Positions 25,302 through 39,109 of a stretch of 64,000 nt of DNA are shown here, piece after piece. This DNA comes from Setoptus koraiensis (lineage: Eukaryota > Animalia > Arthropoda), in the NCBI GenBank assembly GCA_048013815.1, contig CM106586.1, positions 2,480,001 through 2,544,000 on the forward strand. The letters are read 5' to 3'. The notes beneath the pieces are model-generated. The model did not search any database. It saw nothing but the letters and a program-made list of their open reading frames with translations, and was not told the origin of the DNA. The position numbers and the translations under genes are program-made. Positions within the stretch are counted from its first letter, which is position 1, and every line of letters starts with the position of its first letter.

Positions 25302-25941
25302 TTTTAATTAACCAATCAACGTGGTCGGACCAAGAGAAAGTGATGATAGTAGTTCTTTTATCAATTGTTTGTTCTTTCGTCTTTGATCACCAGAAGTTCA
25401 TTGACAAAAAGTTGTGACACTCAGATACTCGTAAGGAATAGACAATTTTTCGGAAGACACTCAACTTGTTACAGGTTATAGGCCTCACAAGGTAGGCTAA
25501 ATACTGTTTACAAGTGTAAGTGTTGCTTACAAGGTACTTGTACGCCTTGTAAGGAAGCGTGGTCATCGAGTCAGGTTAGAAGTGATGAGTCTCGTGAAGT
25601 CGTGTATGTGTAACTATTCATCATTTTTTATTTTCGCAATATCTCTGGTTTACTTCTAGTTGATTATGTTCTAAGAACTGAGAAAATGCAATGAAATAAT
25701 GAAAGGATGACTCTCCCGCTGAGTTTGGCGTAATTCGCAAGAAGCAACAGCTGATTAGTTTTCAACATGGCCTATGCGAATTGAGTTGTTGTATCAATCA
25801 ATCAATTGACAATCATTGATAGATTCTGATTGCATTGTTGTTGATTGTTGTTTCGGAAATCTACTAATTATAACGCAATTAAGAACAATCAGTTTTTGAT
25901 CGTTTGGCTTGTTGAGAGAAAGTTTTTTTTTACCTTTCGAA

Positions 25942-25954
25942 TTTGGCGCCCAAA
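25942..25954. promoter_or_regulatory. Near-palindromic E2F-type site TTTGGCGCCCAAA ~400 bp upstream of TRRAP ATG
   Basis: Matches the E2F consensus TTTSSCGC on + and a variant on -. Motif match only. Confidence 0.4.
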
Positions 25955-26351
25955 ACCTATTATTTGCACAAGAGAATTGATGCTGCATGCAGATGACCGT
26001 TGCGGTGTGCTAACGCGCTGAATTTGCACGCTCTCACTCTCGCTTGTTTAGTAATTGTTCATACATGAAACATAGAGTCCGTAAATATGTTGTAATCCAA
26101 TAGTTCGCTGCATTTTTTCTATTATTATTATTTTAAATTTTCATATTGTTAACTACGAATACAACTAATGGGCTTATTTACTTCTATCCATTTCATATTT
26201 CATCTATATCACCAGCAACAATTGCCCGTGTTGTATAAAATGCACTGAACAACAAAGTATCATTGGGGCCATTCATATTTGTGGGTGGCTGATACTACGC
26301 AAAGACGACAATAGCAATTAGAAACAAGCATATAGACACAACAAAAACACC

Positions 26352-29300
26352 ATGTCGACGCCAAATTTAGGAACCCAAAGTTCCTTGTCCGAACGACAAC
26401 TCCAGATTTACAAATCTTGTGTATCATTATTGGTTGATGCTCAAGCACGTGATACCAACAAGGCCGATGCCGCTAAGGAACTAAGCTCCAATTTGGAGCA
26501 CATCATCGAACTGTCTCGCCATGATTCTCAATTCTTTGAGACAACAATCAATACCTTTATTAAGGTTTTGGAAGAGACCCGTCCACAATTTGTTAGTGAT
26601 TACCCTATACAAATTATGAGAAAGTCCCTATTAGAAATGATACAACGTCTACCCCCAAACGAACTCATTGAGACACCAACTATTATTAGAATACTTAAAT
26701 TAATGTTTACATTATTTGAAGTAGAAAACGAGGAAAATGTTCAAGTAATTTTGAGAATTATTATTGAACTGCACAAGACTTTACACAAAAATAGAAAAGG
26801 AATAGGTTTCATGCCGGAGACACAATCATTTTTGGACTCGGTCAAGAGTCTCTACAGTGATATGCAAAGGACTTATGATCTCAACAAAATATTTGATAAG
26901 AAAAAACATCAGGAGGAAGACCTTACACCAGCTTTACTAGAGCAATATCTAGCCAATATACATACATTGACAATTGTTGAAACTCAGAAACGAAACGAGG
27001 ACAAAGCTCTTATATCATATAGTATATTGCCTAGAGCAAAACAGTCGCTCAAAGTTCTAGCGGATTTGCCAATAATTGTTGTTCTATTGTATCAGATACA
27101 CAAAACACAATTGCAACAAACAGCCGCTGAATTCATACCTCTCATCATGAATACAATCACACTTAGGCCACCTGATAATATAAAGAATAGTGAACAATTT
27201 GATACTGAGATCTACGTAGAGTTTATTACAGCTCAAATCAAGGCACTGTCTTTCATCGCTTACATTGTTCGCATCTACGAAGGGCTCATTTCATCTCATT
27301 CCAATCAACTCGTCCAAGGCATGCTAATGCTGCTTAAAGATTGTCCACATGAGGTAGCTTCCCTACGTAAAGAACTCTTAGCTGCCGTGCGTCATATATT
27401 GCAGACATCACTGAAGACAAAATTCATCAGTCACATAAGTTATTTCTTTGACGAGTCTGTTCTAACAGGAAAAGGGTGGACTGCTAGAGAATCACTAAGA
27501 CCAATCGCCTACAACACCTTGGCTGATTTAGTGCACCATGTCAGACAAGATCTTAGTATAACTGATCTAGCAGCGGCAGTCAATGCATTCTCAAAGAATG
27601 TTCACGATGATACAATACCGCCTTATATACAATCGATGTCATGCAAACTTCTCCTCACTTTAGCCGAGAGCGCAAGCAAGAAATTTGTAGACAAAGATGC
27701 ACCTTATATACGTGAATTACTTATGAGGTTGATTGAGGTCTATGTGCTGAAATTCAAAGTGATAGCAACATTACACCTACCCATACTATTTCAAAGACTC
27801 AAGGCTCAACAAGCGCAAGCCAACGAAGCTAACGCGTCACAGGCCAATACCAATAGTGGTGGAAGTTTTATACCTCAAAGAGACTCAGCATTCACCATAG
27901 GCGTAGGCGAAGTACCAACAAGCCGAGAAGAGAAACCTAAGTTTGAGTTCCCCATGGCACCATCGCAGAATTACAGTATTGCCGACTGTAAAAGTATGGT
28001 AAAAACTTTAGTGGTAGGAGTTAAAACAGTCACAAATACCATTCCCTCTTATAAATTTAGCGGTATCACAGACCAGCTCCTTGTTCCGACTGGCGCTAAA
28101 GTTTTTCAGCCAAGAGATACAATAGTGTTTGTACGATTGGTCAAGTATGCGTTGCGTGCTCTTGATATCTATATGTTAGCTCCATCTGGCCAGACATTAC
28201 CTCATGGTATGATGAATCAAATGAATCGCCAGCAATTCATCGCTCAACAAAACAGTAGATCGAAGGAGGAAAAAGAAATCCTAGAACACTTTGCTGGTAT
28301 TTTTACAGCTTTACATCCGCTTACATTTCATGAGATCTTTTCAAAACTCATCGACTTTCTGGTCGAAAGAATGCACCAAAATTTCGCACTTCAAGTCATC
28401 GTCAACTCTTTCCTCGCCACCTCCCCGACTTCACCTATTTTTGCTACAATATTACTAGAATATCTACTTGTGCGGATGGAGGAAATAGGATCCAACGTCG
28501 AGAAATCAAATTTGTATCTCAGATTGTTCAAGATGGTGTTCGGATCAGTATCTCTGTATGCTGTCGAGAATGAACAAATGCTCAAGCCTCATCTTCATAA
28601 TATAGTGAACAAAAGTATGGAACTAGCTCTCGGTGCAAAAGATCCATACAATTATTTTCTACTATTAAGAGCCTTATTTAGATCAATTGGTGGAGGGAGT
28701 CATGATCTGTTATATCAGGAATTCTTGCCTTTGCTACCTAACCTCCTACAAGGTTTGAATAGTTTGCAAAGTGGACTTCACAAGCAGCACATCAAAGATT
28801 TATTCGTCGAATTATGCTTAACTGTGCCAGTGAGACTTAGTAGTTTATTACCCTACTTACCAATGCTGATGGATCCCTTGGTCTCCGCACTGAATGGTTC
28901 TCAAACTTTAATCAGCCAAGGGTTGAGAACACTCGAATTGTGTGTCGATAATTTGCAACCCGATTTCTTATATGAGCACATTCAACCAGTCAGAGCTGAA
29001 CTGATGCAAGCGCTATGGCGAACATTGCGACACCCGTCATCCAATATAGCGTCGACGTCTTTTCGTGTTCTTGGTAAGTTCGGAGGCGGTAACAGGAAGA
29101 TGATGATAGAGCCACAACGCCTACAGTATCTAGAAAACAAAGAGGGTTTCACAACGCAAGGGTCTTCCGTAGTCATATTTTTCCCGGATCAACGACAATC
29201 AATAAATCTTCCCATCGACAAAGTAGTCCACACTGCTTACGAGAATCTAAAACAGCTGAATATCGACCCTGATTTGAGACACCAAAGTTGGAATAATATA

Positions 29301-32300
29301 AAATCAGTTGTAGTCTCTAACTGTGGAATACTCGATTTACCCGAACAAAAACAAGCAATCAAGCAATTTTTTGGCAATCCTGCCCTCGCCACTATGAGTA
29401 TACCTTCGAAGAAAGATTATCTTTACAAGTGTCAAGATGTCGAGCTGCGAAAAGTCCATCAAACTGCATTGGCGGGCATGTTTATGGCCGCCGCAGTTCG
29501 TGAGTGCGACGAATTCTTCCTCAACGGTGTTGTTTTACATTACGTTATGGTGGCAATATATCAGCAGCTGTCCGACGATCCAGGGCCCTCTCAAGGAATG
29601 GATCCTTATGTCCTGATAGATGCCTTGGCTACAATTTTTGGATATGAAGAGAAGGAACTATGCAAACCTGCTCATGATGTTCTCGACTTCATTATTGAAA
29701 AGACAGCTCTACTTATCTGGGATGACACAAAAGAGCGAGCATATGAGCTACCCTATATATCATATCTAGTGAGAAGTATGTATAAGTTATGTTATGAACG
29801 AGCCTGGTACAGCAAAATGGGTGGGTGCATTGCGATAAAATACTTCTATGAGCACATGCCTCTAGTTTGGGTCTTGAAGTATCAAAAGAAGTTCGCCAAG
29901 GCACTACTTTATGTTATGAGAGACCTGACAGGGGAAGTATCTAGTGGCGCAGTGGACATGGCTCAGGCAAACTTAGAACGAATGCTGAATATCTGTGGTC
30001 AGCAGATTGATGTAACAAATGCCGAAACTCCTGAACAAAAGAATCTGATTGAATTCCAGACGAGATCTTTGAACGATGTCACAGAGCTTTTGGTGAGAGA
30101 GGTAACATCCCCTAATCTCTGTGTTAGAACTCAAGCTATGAAATCATTGGAAACGTTAGCAAAACTACTAGATAAATCAGTGACACAAGTAATGGAGCCT
30201 CATCGAAAAATATTAGAAAACATGATCCCCTTATTTGCTTCGTTAACGGATCATTGTTTGCTTGAGAAACAGCCTGTGAGAACTCAAATCGGTTTGATGC
30301 ACGGAACCACCTTCTGCAGCAATCTTCAGCCTAGACTGTTCACCATCGATACTAACATAGAGAAGCATAAAGACTACATTCACCAGTTAATCAAGATATG
30401 CGAAGGCGATGATCCAGCTCTAAAGAGACTTCCTTGCTACACTAAGGTTACTAATTTAGTACCAGTGAGAATTGCTGCTTTACAGGCCTTATCAGCTTGT
30501 TACTATCTCCGTGATTACGAACACAAAATTTTCACATTATTGTACAAGTCTACCGAGTCCAACAATCTGGAACTTCAAGAGACAGGTTACTCGTGTATCA
30601 AGCATTTTACCGACAACTTGACCATCGAACCTGCTCTTGTGATCAAAGAAATTAAGCCATTACTAGAGAAGCTACAAGATAGCTCTCAATGGGATCTAAA
30701 CTCTGTGAGACGAATACGATACATGACACAACTTTTCCCTTCAGTTTTTGAAGAAGACTTCTGTAAAAGTTTAGCAGAACATCTAGATAAGCTGGCTACC
30801 GCTGCAATGACAGATTTGCGAACCGTGCAAAGGCCTGGGGAACATGTATATGACAGGTGCAAGTTGGCGAATGAGAAACTAAAAGTTTACGCAGGCATTT
30901 TAGAAATATTCGCTCAACTTCCTAACGTACCACCTGGTATTCCAGAGAAAATCATGGCACAAGTATTTAAAACTGAAAAGAATATGTTGATTGAACCTGG
31001 AAGCCCACTCAGAGAGCCACTTAAGAAATTTCTCAAGAAGTATGCTACTCACGCAGTTGGGATCCTCCTATTACCAAACAATCTTGTTATTGAACAGATA
31101 TACAGATTCATCATGTTTCTGTTAAAAGGACCAGACGGAGAGCCATTCAGGATGTCGATGCGAATCACTGATAATATCAATAAATTAACCAAGTACGCTA
31201 GCGGACCATTTATTGATCCATACCGGCAACTAATCAACATGACTACCCTACCTGACGGTTCCATGCCTCAACAGCTACAAACTCGACCAGCTGAATTTGA
31301 TTGTCGATTTCCAGCAATCGCAATAATATCAACTCTTGCTAAATACGACGATTTATGGCTGATGACAAGACCTACCATAATAGACGTCCTAAAACGTCTG
31401 TGGAACACTGAGGAGTTTCACGAAAAACACAGCAAGATCGAGCACGTTGACTACATGCGATGGAAAGAACCAAAATTAGTGGTAAAGTGTTTGCTGAATT
31501 ACTTCAAACACAACAACCAGAATATTGAACTTCTGTTCCAGCTTCTAAGAGCCTTCCTTGGAAGATATTTGTGTGAGTTTGAACTCTTGAGACATTTCCT
31601 GGAGAAAACTGTCATAGAAACTTACTCCATCGAATGGAAGCGCGATGCCTTCTTCAAGTTCGTTACTGTGTTCAGAAATTCCAACTACTCCCAAGATCTC
31701 AAAGCCAAGATACTCCAGCTTATCATAATCCCCACGTTCTCACATTCATTCGAGAAAGGTTTGGGTGATGCATTGATAGGTGGTTCCCCTCAACCCGACA
31801 ATGACGAGAACAAGAACAATCTCATCAATGTATTTATGGAGATAATCAAAGATATATTGGCTGATGACAAAAATAAGTGCATCCAAGTCTCAGACTCAGT
31901 CAGGATAATATTGTTGCAGTTTTCTTGTCTCCTAGTAGAGCAAGCTTCGTCGCACATTCATCCTCTCACCAACAAGCGACAGGGCAATAAGTTGCGTTAC
32001 CTCATGACATTTGCTTGGCCGTGTCTTCTATCGAAGAATTGTGTAGATCCCGCCACGAAATATCACGGCCACCTTCTACTAGCGCACATAATATCGAAAT
32101 TCGCCGTTCATAGTCGGATCGTGCTCCAAGTTTTCCATAGTCTTCTCAAGGCTTACGCACCGGAGGCTCGGGCAGTTGTGCGCCAAGCACTGGAAGTGCT
32201 CACCCCAGCAATGCCTCACAGAATTGAAAAAGGTGATAATATGAATATGCTCACCTTGTGGACCAAGAAGATTATCACAGAGGAAGGGCACATGTTGCCT

Positions 32301-35300
32301 CAACTCGTTCACATGTTACAACTACTTGTGCGACATTTCAGAGTTTATTATCCCGTGCGCAACCATTTAATACAACACATGGTAAGCTCTATCCAGAGAT
32401 TAGGTTTTGCGGCCAATGTTACGATTGAGCACAAGAGGATGGCTGTAGATCTATGTGAGGTGATAATAAGATGGGAAATGCAGCGTATAAGGGAGGAGCG
32501 GGAGAGACAAGCTCAAGGGCTTCCGTCGCTCAACCCTCAAAGTCCATCGGTTCTTTCGAAAGGTCCAGGAACTCCCAGCTCGAGTACCGTCTCTCAAACT
32601 ATGAAAGACATGTTTGGTCCAAATTCGCCAATGCCTAGTCAACAAGCTAAGCTCAACGATACATCAACTTCTAACTTGGCTAAAGATTCAATTGTTAAAG
32701 TGTTTAAAACAGAAACTCCAGACTCATCTAGTCAATCCTCATTGAATCAACCGCCGTCCTCACCACTAGTTGCAGTTAAATCACCCCAACAGATAACCGC
32801 CCAACAGCAACCACTGCTCCAGCAAATTCAACAGCAACAACAGCAAGCAAGACAAAGTCCTCGTCCGTCGATCGGTCATCAAATATCGCAATCATCGATC
32901 AATGTACCCATAATGTCATTGACAGACGGCAACATTGAAAATAATCGTATGAATCTGCAAGAAGACTGCTTCAAGCCACTAGATCCACATTATGCAAATG
33001 AAATAATCAACAAACTTCTTCAAATGGCTTGTCAAGTGAATGAGCCTCCAACGAACACTCCTAGTTACAGTTCATCACCAGGTGAGAATCTTTCTAAGAG
33101 ATGTGTCATGCTTCTCAAATCCGCCCTCAAACCAGACGTCTGGGTCAATCCTGACCTAAATAAGAAGTTGTTGAAATGGTTCGCAGAACTTCTCTGCTCA
33201 ATAGAACCTAGACAGCAACCTAGTCCACCGCCAAATATTGGTAACATCTGCACTGCTTTGGAATTGCTATCCTTCCTAGCAAACACTCTGTCCAGAGATG
33301 TAATACTTGACATTTTCAGCTCTGAGGATCTCCAGAGAGGTATAATAGCCTGTATAAACAGCTGCTCCACTTCTAAAGTTATTCGATCCGGAAGTAGTCT
33401 TCTACAAAGACTAATGAGCGTTTTCCCTCCGCGATCTGCTACCTCGCCAAGTCCATCGCAGTATGAAAGGTTGGAGAATCTGTACACTAGTGTTCACAAT
33501 ATAATTCTTCAAGGCCTCAACAATTACGAGACTGCACAACAAGCGCCACCTTCTATTTTATTTAGCACTCTGATGATTCTCAAAGCAGCTTGTTCGAACA
33601 ATCCTTGCTATATCGATAGGCTGATGCAAACATTCATAAGGGTTTTGCAAAAGATGACTAAAGAACACTTACAACCATCGGGCGAGGTGAGCCCAATGGG
33701 CTCAGAATTACTAATACTAAGTTTGGATCTGGTCAAAAACAGAATAAGCTCCATGAATCAAGAAATGAGAAAAATCTTCATACAGCAGATCCTCGCTAAT
33801 CTCATCGAGCGATCAACAGACGTCAAGGTATCTAGAGCAATAACAAAAATTGTTGAAGATTGGGTGAAACACAAACAGGGTCCAAGTCCTTCTCAAACCC
33901 AAGGACCGAATCTGAGAGAAAAGACTTTACTACTGATCAAACTTATGTATAATATTGAGAAGAGAGATGCACACGACATAGAACTCATAGCACAATTTCT
34001 AGAATTAATCAATTATGTTTTCAGAGATGACGAACTCAAGACGACAGACCTGACAACCAAATTGGAGACCGCATTCATGCTGGGTCTGCGATTTGTGCAA
34101 CCAACAATCAGAGCCAAGTTCTTCCACGTTTTCAATCAGAGTGTAAAGGCTAAACTGTACGAAAGATTAATGTACATTGTTTGTGCTCAGAATTGGGAAA
34201 CTATAGGCCACCATTATTGGATCAAGCAATGCATCGAGTTTATACTAGTTATAGCCTTGGATACTACACCTATCAAACATGCCAGCCCAAATGCGTATTT
34301 GCCCGGACTTCGCTGCTCAGTTTGTCCAGTGGATCAACCCAACCTTCTTGAGGTCGATGGTGATTCATCCTCTATACGGTCCATGCTGATTTCAGACACT
34401 ACAACTATCAACTCGTCGGCACCGGCAACAGAACCATCTGTGCCCATGGACATAGATGATGAAACTAGGTCTCAAGCAAATAGTACAACCACTAGCAATT
34501 CCAAATCAACACCCGAGTTGTCTGCGAAAATTCAAGATATCAGGAAGCGTCTGTTGACAATTATGGATGAGCAATACAAATTCTACGACGATGTAAAACA
34601 GATCAATACTGGTAGTCTGCTTCAATCTTTGGCTCAGATATGTCACTCTGACTCACAGTTGGCTCATGATATTTGGATACAGATGTTTCCAAAGATCTGG
34701 AAAGTATTGAACGATTCGCAGACGACTCTTCTCGGCAGAGAAATAGTACCATTTTTGTGCAGCGGGAGTCATGTCAAACAGATTGAATGTCATCCTAGTG
34801 CTATCGGTACATTTATGGAGGCAGTGTCTCTATGTCAGCCTCCTATACAGATTCGTCCAGTATTATTGCGCTATCTTGGTAAAAATCACAATCTATGGCA
34901 ACGAGCCGCCTTGATGCTCGAAGAAATGTATAAGGACAAATCACTGGATATTACCTATCCCGTTTCTGCCCGCTCAAGTAAATCTAACCAACAGAACCCG
35001 AATGATTTCGATATCATAGCTCTGAATCCACTTTCAACACTGGCGGAGGAGGCATCAGATTCGCTGGCTGATTTGTTAGAGTTGTTGCACGAAGAGGACC
35101 TCTGGTGTGGCTTGTGGCAAAAGCGGGCCCAATACAAAGAAACTCTAAACGCTATAGCTTATGAGCAACAGGGTATGTTTGAACAGGCTCAAGAATGTTA
35201 TGAGGCTGCAATGAATCGTCAAAGGATTGAGTTCGACAGTACCTATATTTTGAAACCTGGTATGAAATCAGAGAACAAACTCTGGGAACGACATTGGATC

Positions 35301-36765
35301 AAATGTTCTAAGGAACTGAATCAATGGGACTCATTATTAGAGTATGGTAACTCGCAACATTCGGCTAATCCTATTCTTGTAATGGAGAGTGCATGGCGAG
35401 TTCCGAATTGGCAACTGATGCGAGAAGCACTCAGTTTGGTTGAGGCCAATTGCCCAATCTCGATGGCATGGTTAGTGGCTTTATATAAGGGCTATAATTT
35501 CATATGCAATCGCGAGGAGTATGATTTAGCTGCAGTAGATGCAATGATAAACTGTTCATCGGATCACTGTATAAAAGAGTGGAGGAAATTGCCTCATATA
35601 GTATCTCATGCTCACATAAGATTATTGCATGGGGCACAACGTATAATGGAACTATACGAGGCTCTTCAACTGCATACAAGTTTCATGCCAAACCCCTTAG
35701 CTCGTCAAACTAATCAAGTTTCTCATGATATGAAAGCTGTTGTTAAGACATGGAGGAATAGACAACCCATACTATCAGATGACCTGTCCCATTGGAGCGA
35801 CATATTCACCTGGAGACAACATCACTACCAGGCCATCGTGGCCCACTACGATGCTCAATCTCAACAGATGGCTCAATCTGGACAATTTCTGACACCTGAC
35901 CCAAATGCTTCCAATGCTATGCTGGGCGTCCATGCATCCGCACAAGCAATCATCCAATTTGGTGAGATTGCTCGAAGACAAGGTCTCATTAACGTTTGTT
36001 TAGACTCTATAAATCGTATTCATACTATACCAAGCGTACCCATAGTAGACTGCTTCCAGAAAATCCGTCAACAGGTCAAGTGTTATCTTCAGATGCCTAT
36101 ATCTGAGGATAAGGCGGAGCTACTTGATGGACTGGAAATTATTGAATCAACCAATCTGAAATACTTCGCTAAAGACATGATTGCTGAGTTTTATGCTCTC
36201 AAAGGTATGTTTCTGTCGCAACTTGACCGTCACGATGAGGCTAACAAATCTTACAGTGCCGCAGCTCAGCTTCATGACATGTTGCCACGAGCCTGGGCCG
36301 CTTGGGGAGAACATATGGAGAGACGCTTCACACAAGAGACAAATATGGATGTTAACAATCCAAATCTGATTAATGGTCGCCAAATGGAACTAGGAGTGTC
36401 AGCAATAACTTGTTACCTTCAAGCCTGCCGACATCAGACTGAACCAAAATCACGCAAGTTCTTAGCTAAAGTGCTTTGGTTGTTATCTTTCGACGATGAA
36501 CGTTCCCAGTTAGCTAAAACTGTCGAGGAATATCACGGATTTGTGCCAGCCACTAACTGGCTCGCCTGGATTCCACAATTGTTGCAATGCATGTTGAGGA
36601 ATGAAGGAGAACACTTGAGGAAGTTATTGATCTTCATAGGTCGATCATACCCTCAAGCCGTATACTTCCCCACCATGACCCTTTTCCGAACATTGAAAAT
36701 GTATATTCATGCTTTCAAATTGAGAAATAATAGCCTTAATTCCGCGCTCATGCAACAACAGCAGC

Positions 36766-36847
<82 letters not shown>

Positions 36848-38939
36848 GCCAACGGTAAGCTCTTCTTTGCAAACAACAATAATTTCCCCGGGCGCGGCTA
36901 TGATGATGGGTCCAAGTTCACAATTGCAGCAGCAATTACCAATTCAACAACAACTATTACAACCACAGCAACTACTTCAGCCGCAGCAACTGCCCCAACA
37001 ACAACTATCACAGCAACTATCGCAGCCCCAGCAACAACAGGTGCCTCAACAGCAACAATTACCCCAGCAGCAATTAATACAAACGCAACAAATACCTCAA
37101 CAACAGTTGCCACAGTTACTTTCGCATCAGGTAGGTGCTTCGACCTCGCAGCAACAAATACCCATACTCACGCCATCCAACCAGCCAGGTCAGCAACCTT
37201 TACCACCTCAGCCTAACCAGCGCCAGCAACCTATGGCTCCAGCCTCCTTATGGCGTTGTTCAGAGATAATGAAGACTCAACGTGATATTCATCCGACAAC
37301 ATTATCATCACTGGAGGGTATAGCGGAACAAATGGTCTGGTTCAGGGTATACTGGTATGAGGAAGTTCAGAAGCAAGTACAGCAAGCTCTCTTTAAATGT
37401 TATGTTTTGGCTTTCGAGAACAGAAATCAGGTTGCCAATGTGACAATTAATCAGCCCATACTAAACTATGTTAAAAAATTAGTTACGACGTTTGGAGTTG
37501 GTATTACTGGCAATATATCTAGTGTGCTCTCAACGGCATCGTCTGCCGCCTCTGAGTCCCTAGCTGAGCGCGTTCAAGCCACCTCGCAAGATCCCGAATA
37601 TCAGCATACTAAAATGAAATTTAGGGCTGATTTTGATGAGGCTTCACTGCCCACAATGACTTTGATGACAATGATTGTGAAATTGCAAAAATGGATCAAA
37701 ATTTTAGAACACAAGACAAAACTAATGCCCAAAACCTACCTGATCGAAGAGAAATGCCGCTTCCTGAGCAATTTCTCGCAACACACCGCCGATGTAGAAT
37801 TGCCCGGCGAATCATTATTGCCCAAACATAATCACTACTATGTGAGAATAGCTAGATTCATGCCTGAGGTTGAGGTAATCAGCAAGCACAACACGGCAGC
37901 AAGAAGAATTTTCATACGAGGTCACAACGGAAAAGTGTACCCCTATCTGGTTGTGAGTGATTCATTTTCCAGCGACGCAAGACGCGAAGAAAGGGTCTTA
38001 CAGTTGATGAGGCTCCTCAATCTCTATTTGGGCAAACGAAAAGAAACAGGTAGACGATTTCTTAATTACACAGTTCCTCGCGTTGTTGCCATCAGTCCAG
38101 ATATGCGTCTCGTTGAGGACAACCCAGCCTCTCTGTCGCTAATGGATATTTTCAAGAGACGCATTGGATATCAAAAGCATGGCGACCAGGACGTTGATCA
38201 AGATTCCCCAATAATGGAATATTATGAAAGGCTTAAGTCCATACAGGCCACAAATATGCAAGCGACCCAAAGAAATCTTAAAGATATATTATCGGATATT
38301 CAGAATAAGTTGGTATCTACAAAACTATTTAAGGATTGGGCTAGTCAAACCTATGTTGCAGCCACAGACTATTGGTGCTTCAGATCTCAATTTACTCTTC
38401 AGATGTCCTTAGCTAGTTTCTCAGAGTACGTCTTACACTTGACTCGGCTCAATCCAGATATGATGTACATACACCAGGATAGTGGTCTGATCAATGTGGC
38501 CTACTACAAGTTTGATGTTGATGATAGGAGTGGCGACATTCAAGCCAACAGAGCTGTCCCATTTAGATTAACACACAACATATCGGAATTTATGACCCCA
38601 ATTGGTGTTATTGGACCATTTACAGCATCTATGATTGCCGTCTCTCGTTGTCTGTTGAGCCCTAACTTTAAGGTAGATGCAATACTTAAGGCCATATTAC
38701 GAGACGAGATGCTTGATTGGTATAAGACTAGTTCACGCTCTTGCTCTATAGAAAATCAAATGCAGGGTGATCTGTTGGTGACAATGGTCAATAAAGCTGT
38801 CAGAAGCATTTTAGCCAGAATGCATTCTTTGGCCAGTTTAGACAAGCCTCTCGAGAGCAAAACATCATGTCTGATAGATTTGGCCAATAGTAATGAACAA
38901 CTTTGTCAGATGGATCCCTCATGGCACCCTTGGTTGTAG
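26352..38939 (+). CDS. TRRAP: Transformation/transcription domain-associated protein (TRRAP/Tra1/Nipped-A), PIKK pseudokinase, single exon, 4195 aa
   Basis: Uninterrupted 12,588-nt ORF with TRRAP hallmarks: ENEENV, SLKVLADLPIIVVLLYQ, ELCLTVPVRLSSLLPYLPMLMDPLVSALNG, FAT domain, RIFIRGHNGKVYPYLVV, LTRLNPDMMYIHQDSG, VPFRLTHNI and the FATC end LCQMDPSWHPWL. Confidence 0.98.
36753..36848 (+). repeat. Coding trinucleotide repeat: 32 Gln codons including 27 uninterrupted CAA (36765-36845) in TRRAP
   Basis: Direct reading of (CAA)n in frame within the TRRAP ORF. Confidence 0.95.
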
Positions 38940-38971
38940 ATAAAAACATAATGTAAACAATATGTACAGTT

Positions 38972-38977
38972 AATAAA
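38972..38977 (+). terminator. Polyadenylation signal AATAAA for TRRAP
   Basis: 32 nt after the stop codon, followed by AT-rich sequence. Confidence 0.55.
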
Positions 38978-39109
38978 AATCAAAACTAAAGAAAATGAAC
39001 GATAAATACAGTATGATTAAGACACATAAGACTCGTGAGTCATGACCCTGTTTCATTGAAAGAAGCGATACAAGAAACTCTTTTGTACATCATCAAACAT
39101 CTGTCCCTA

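Noticed and set aside
36645-37113. Antisense poly-Leu and Val/Ala-rich ORFs
   Set aside because: Mirror images of the TRRAP (CAA)n and Gln-rich coding sequence.
37800-38800. TRRAP PI3K-like domain as an active kinase
   Set aside because: Catalytic DRH..N and DFG motifs are absent (LTRLNPDMM, AYYKF), as expected for the TRRAP pseudokinase; not novel.
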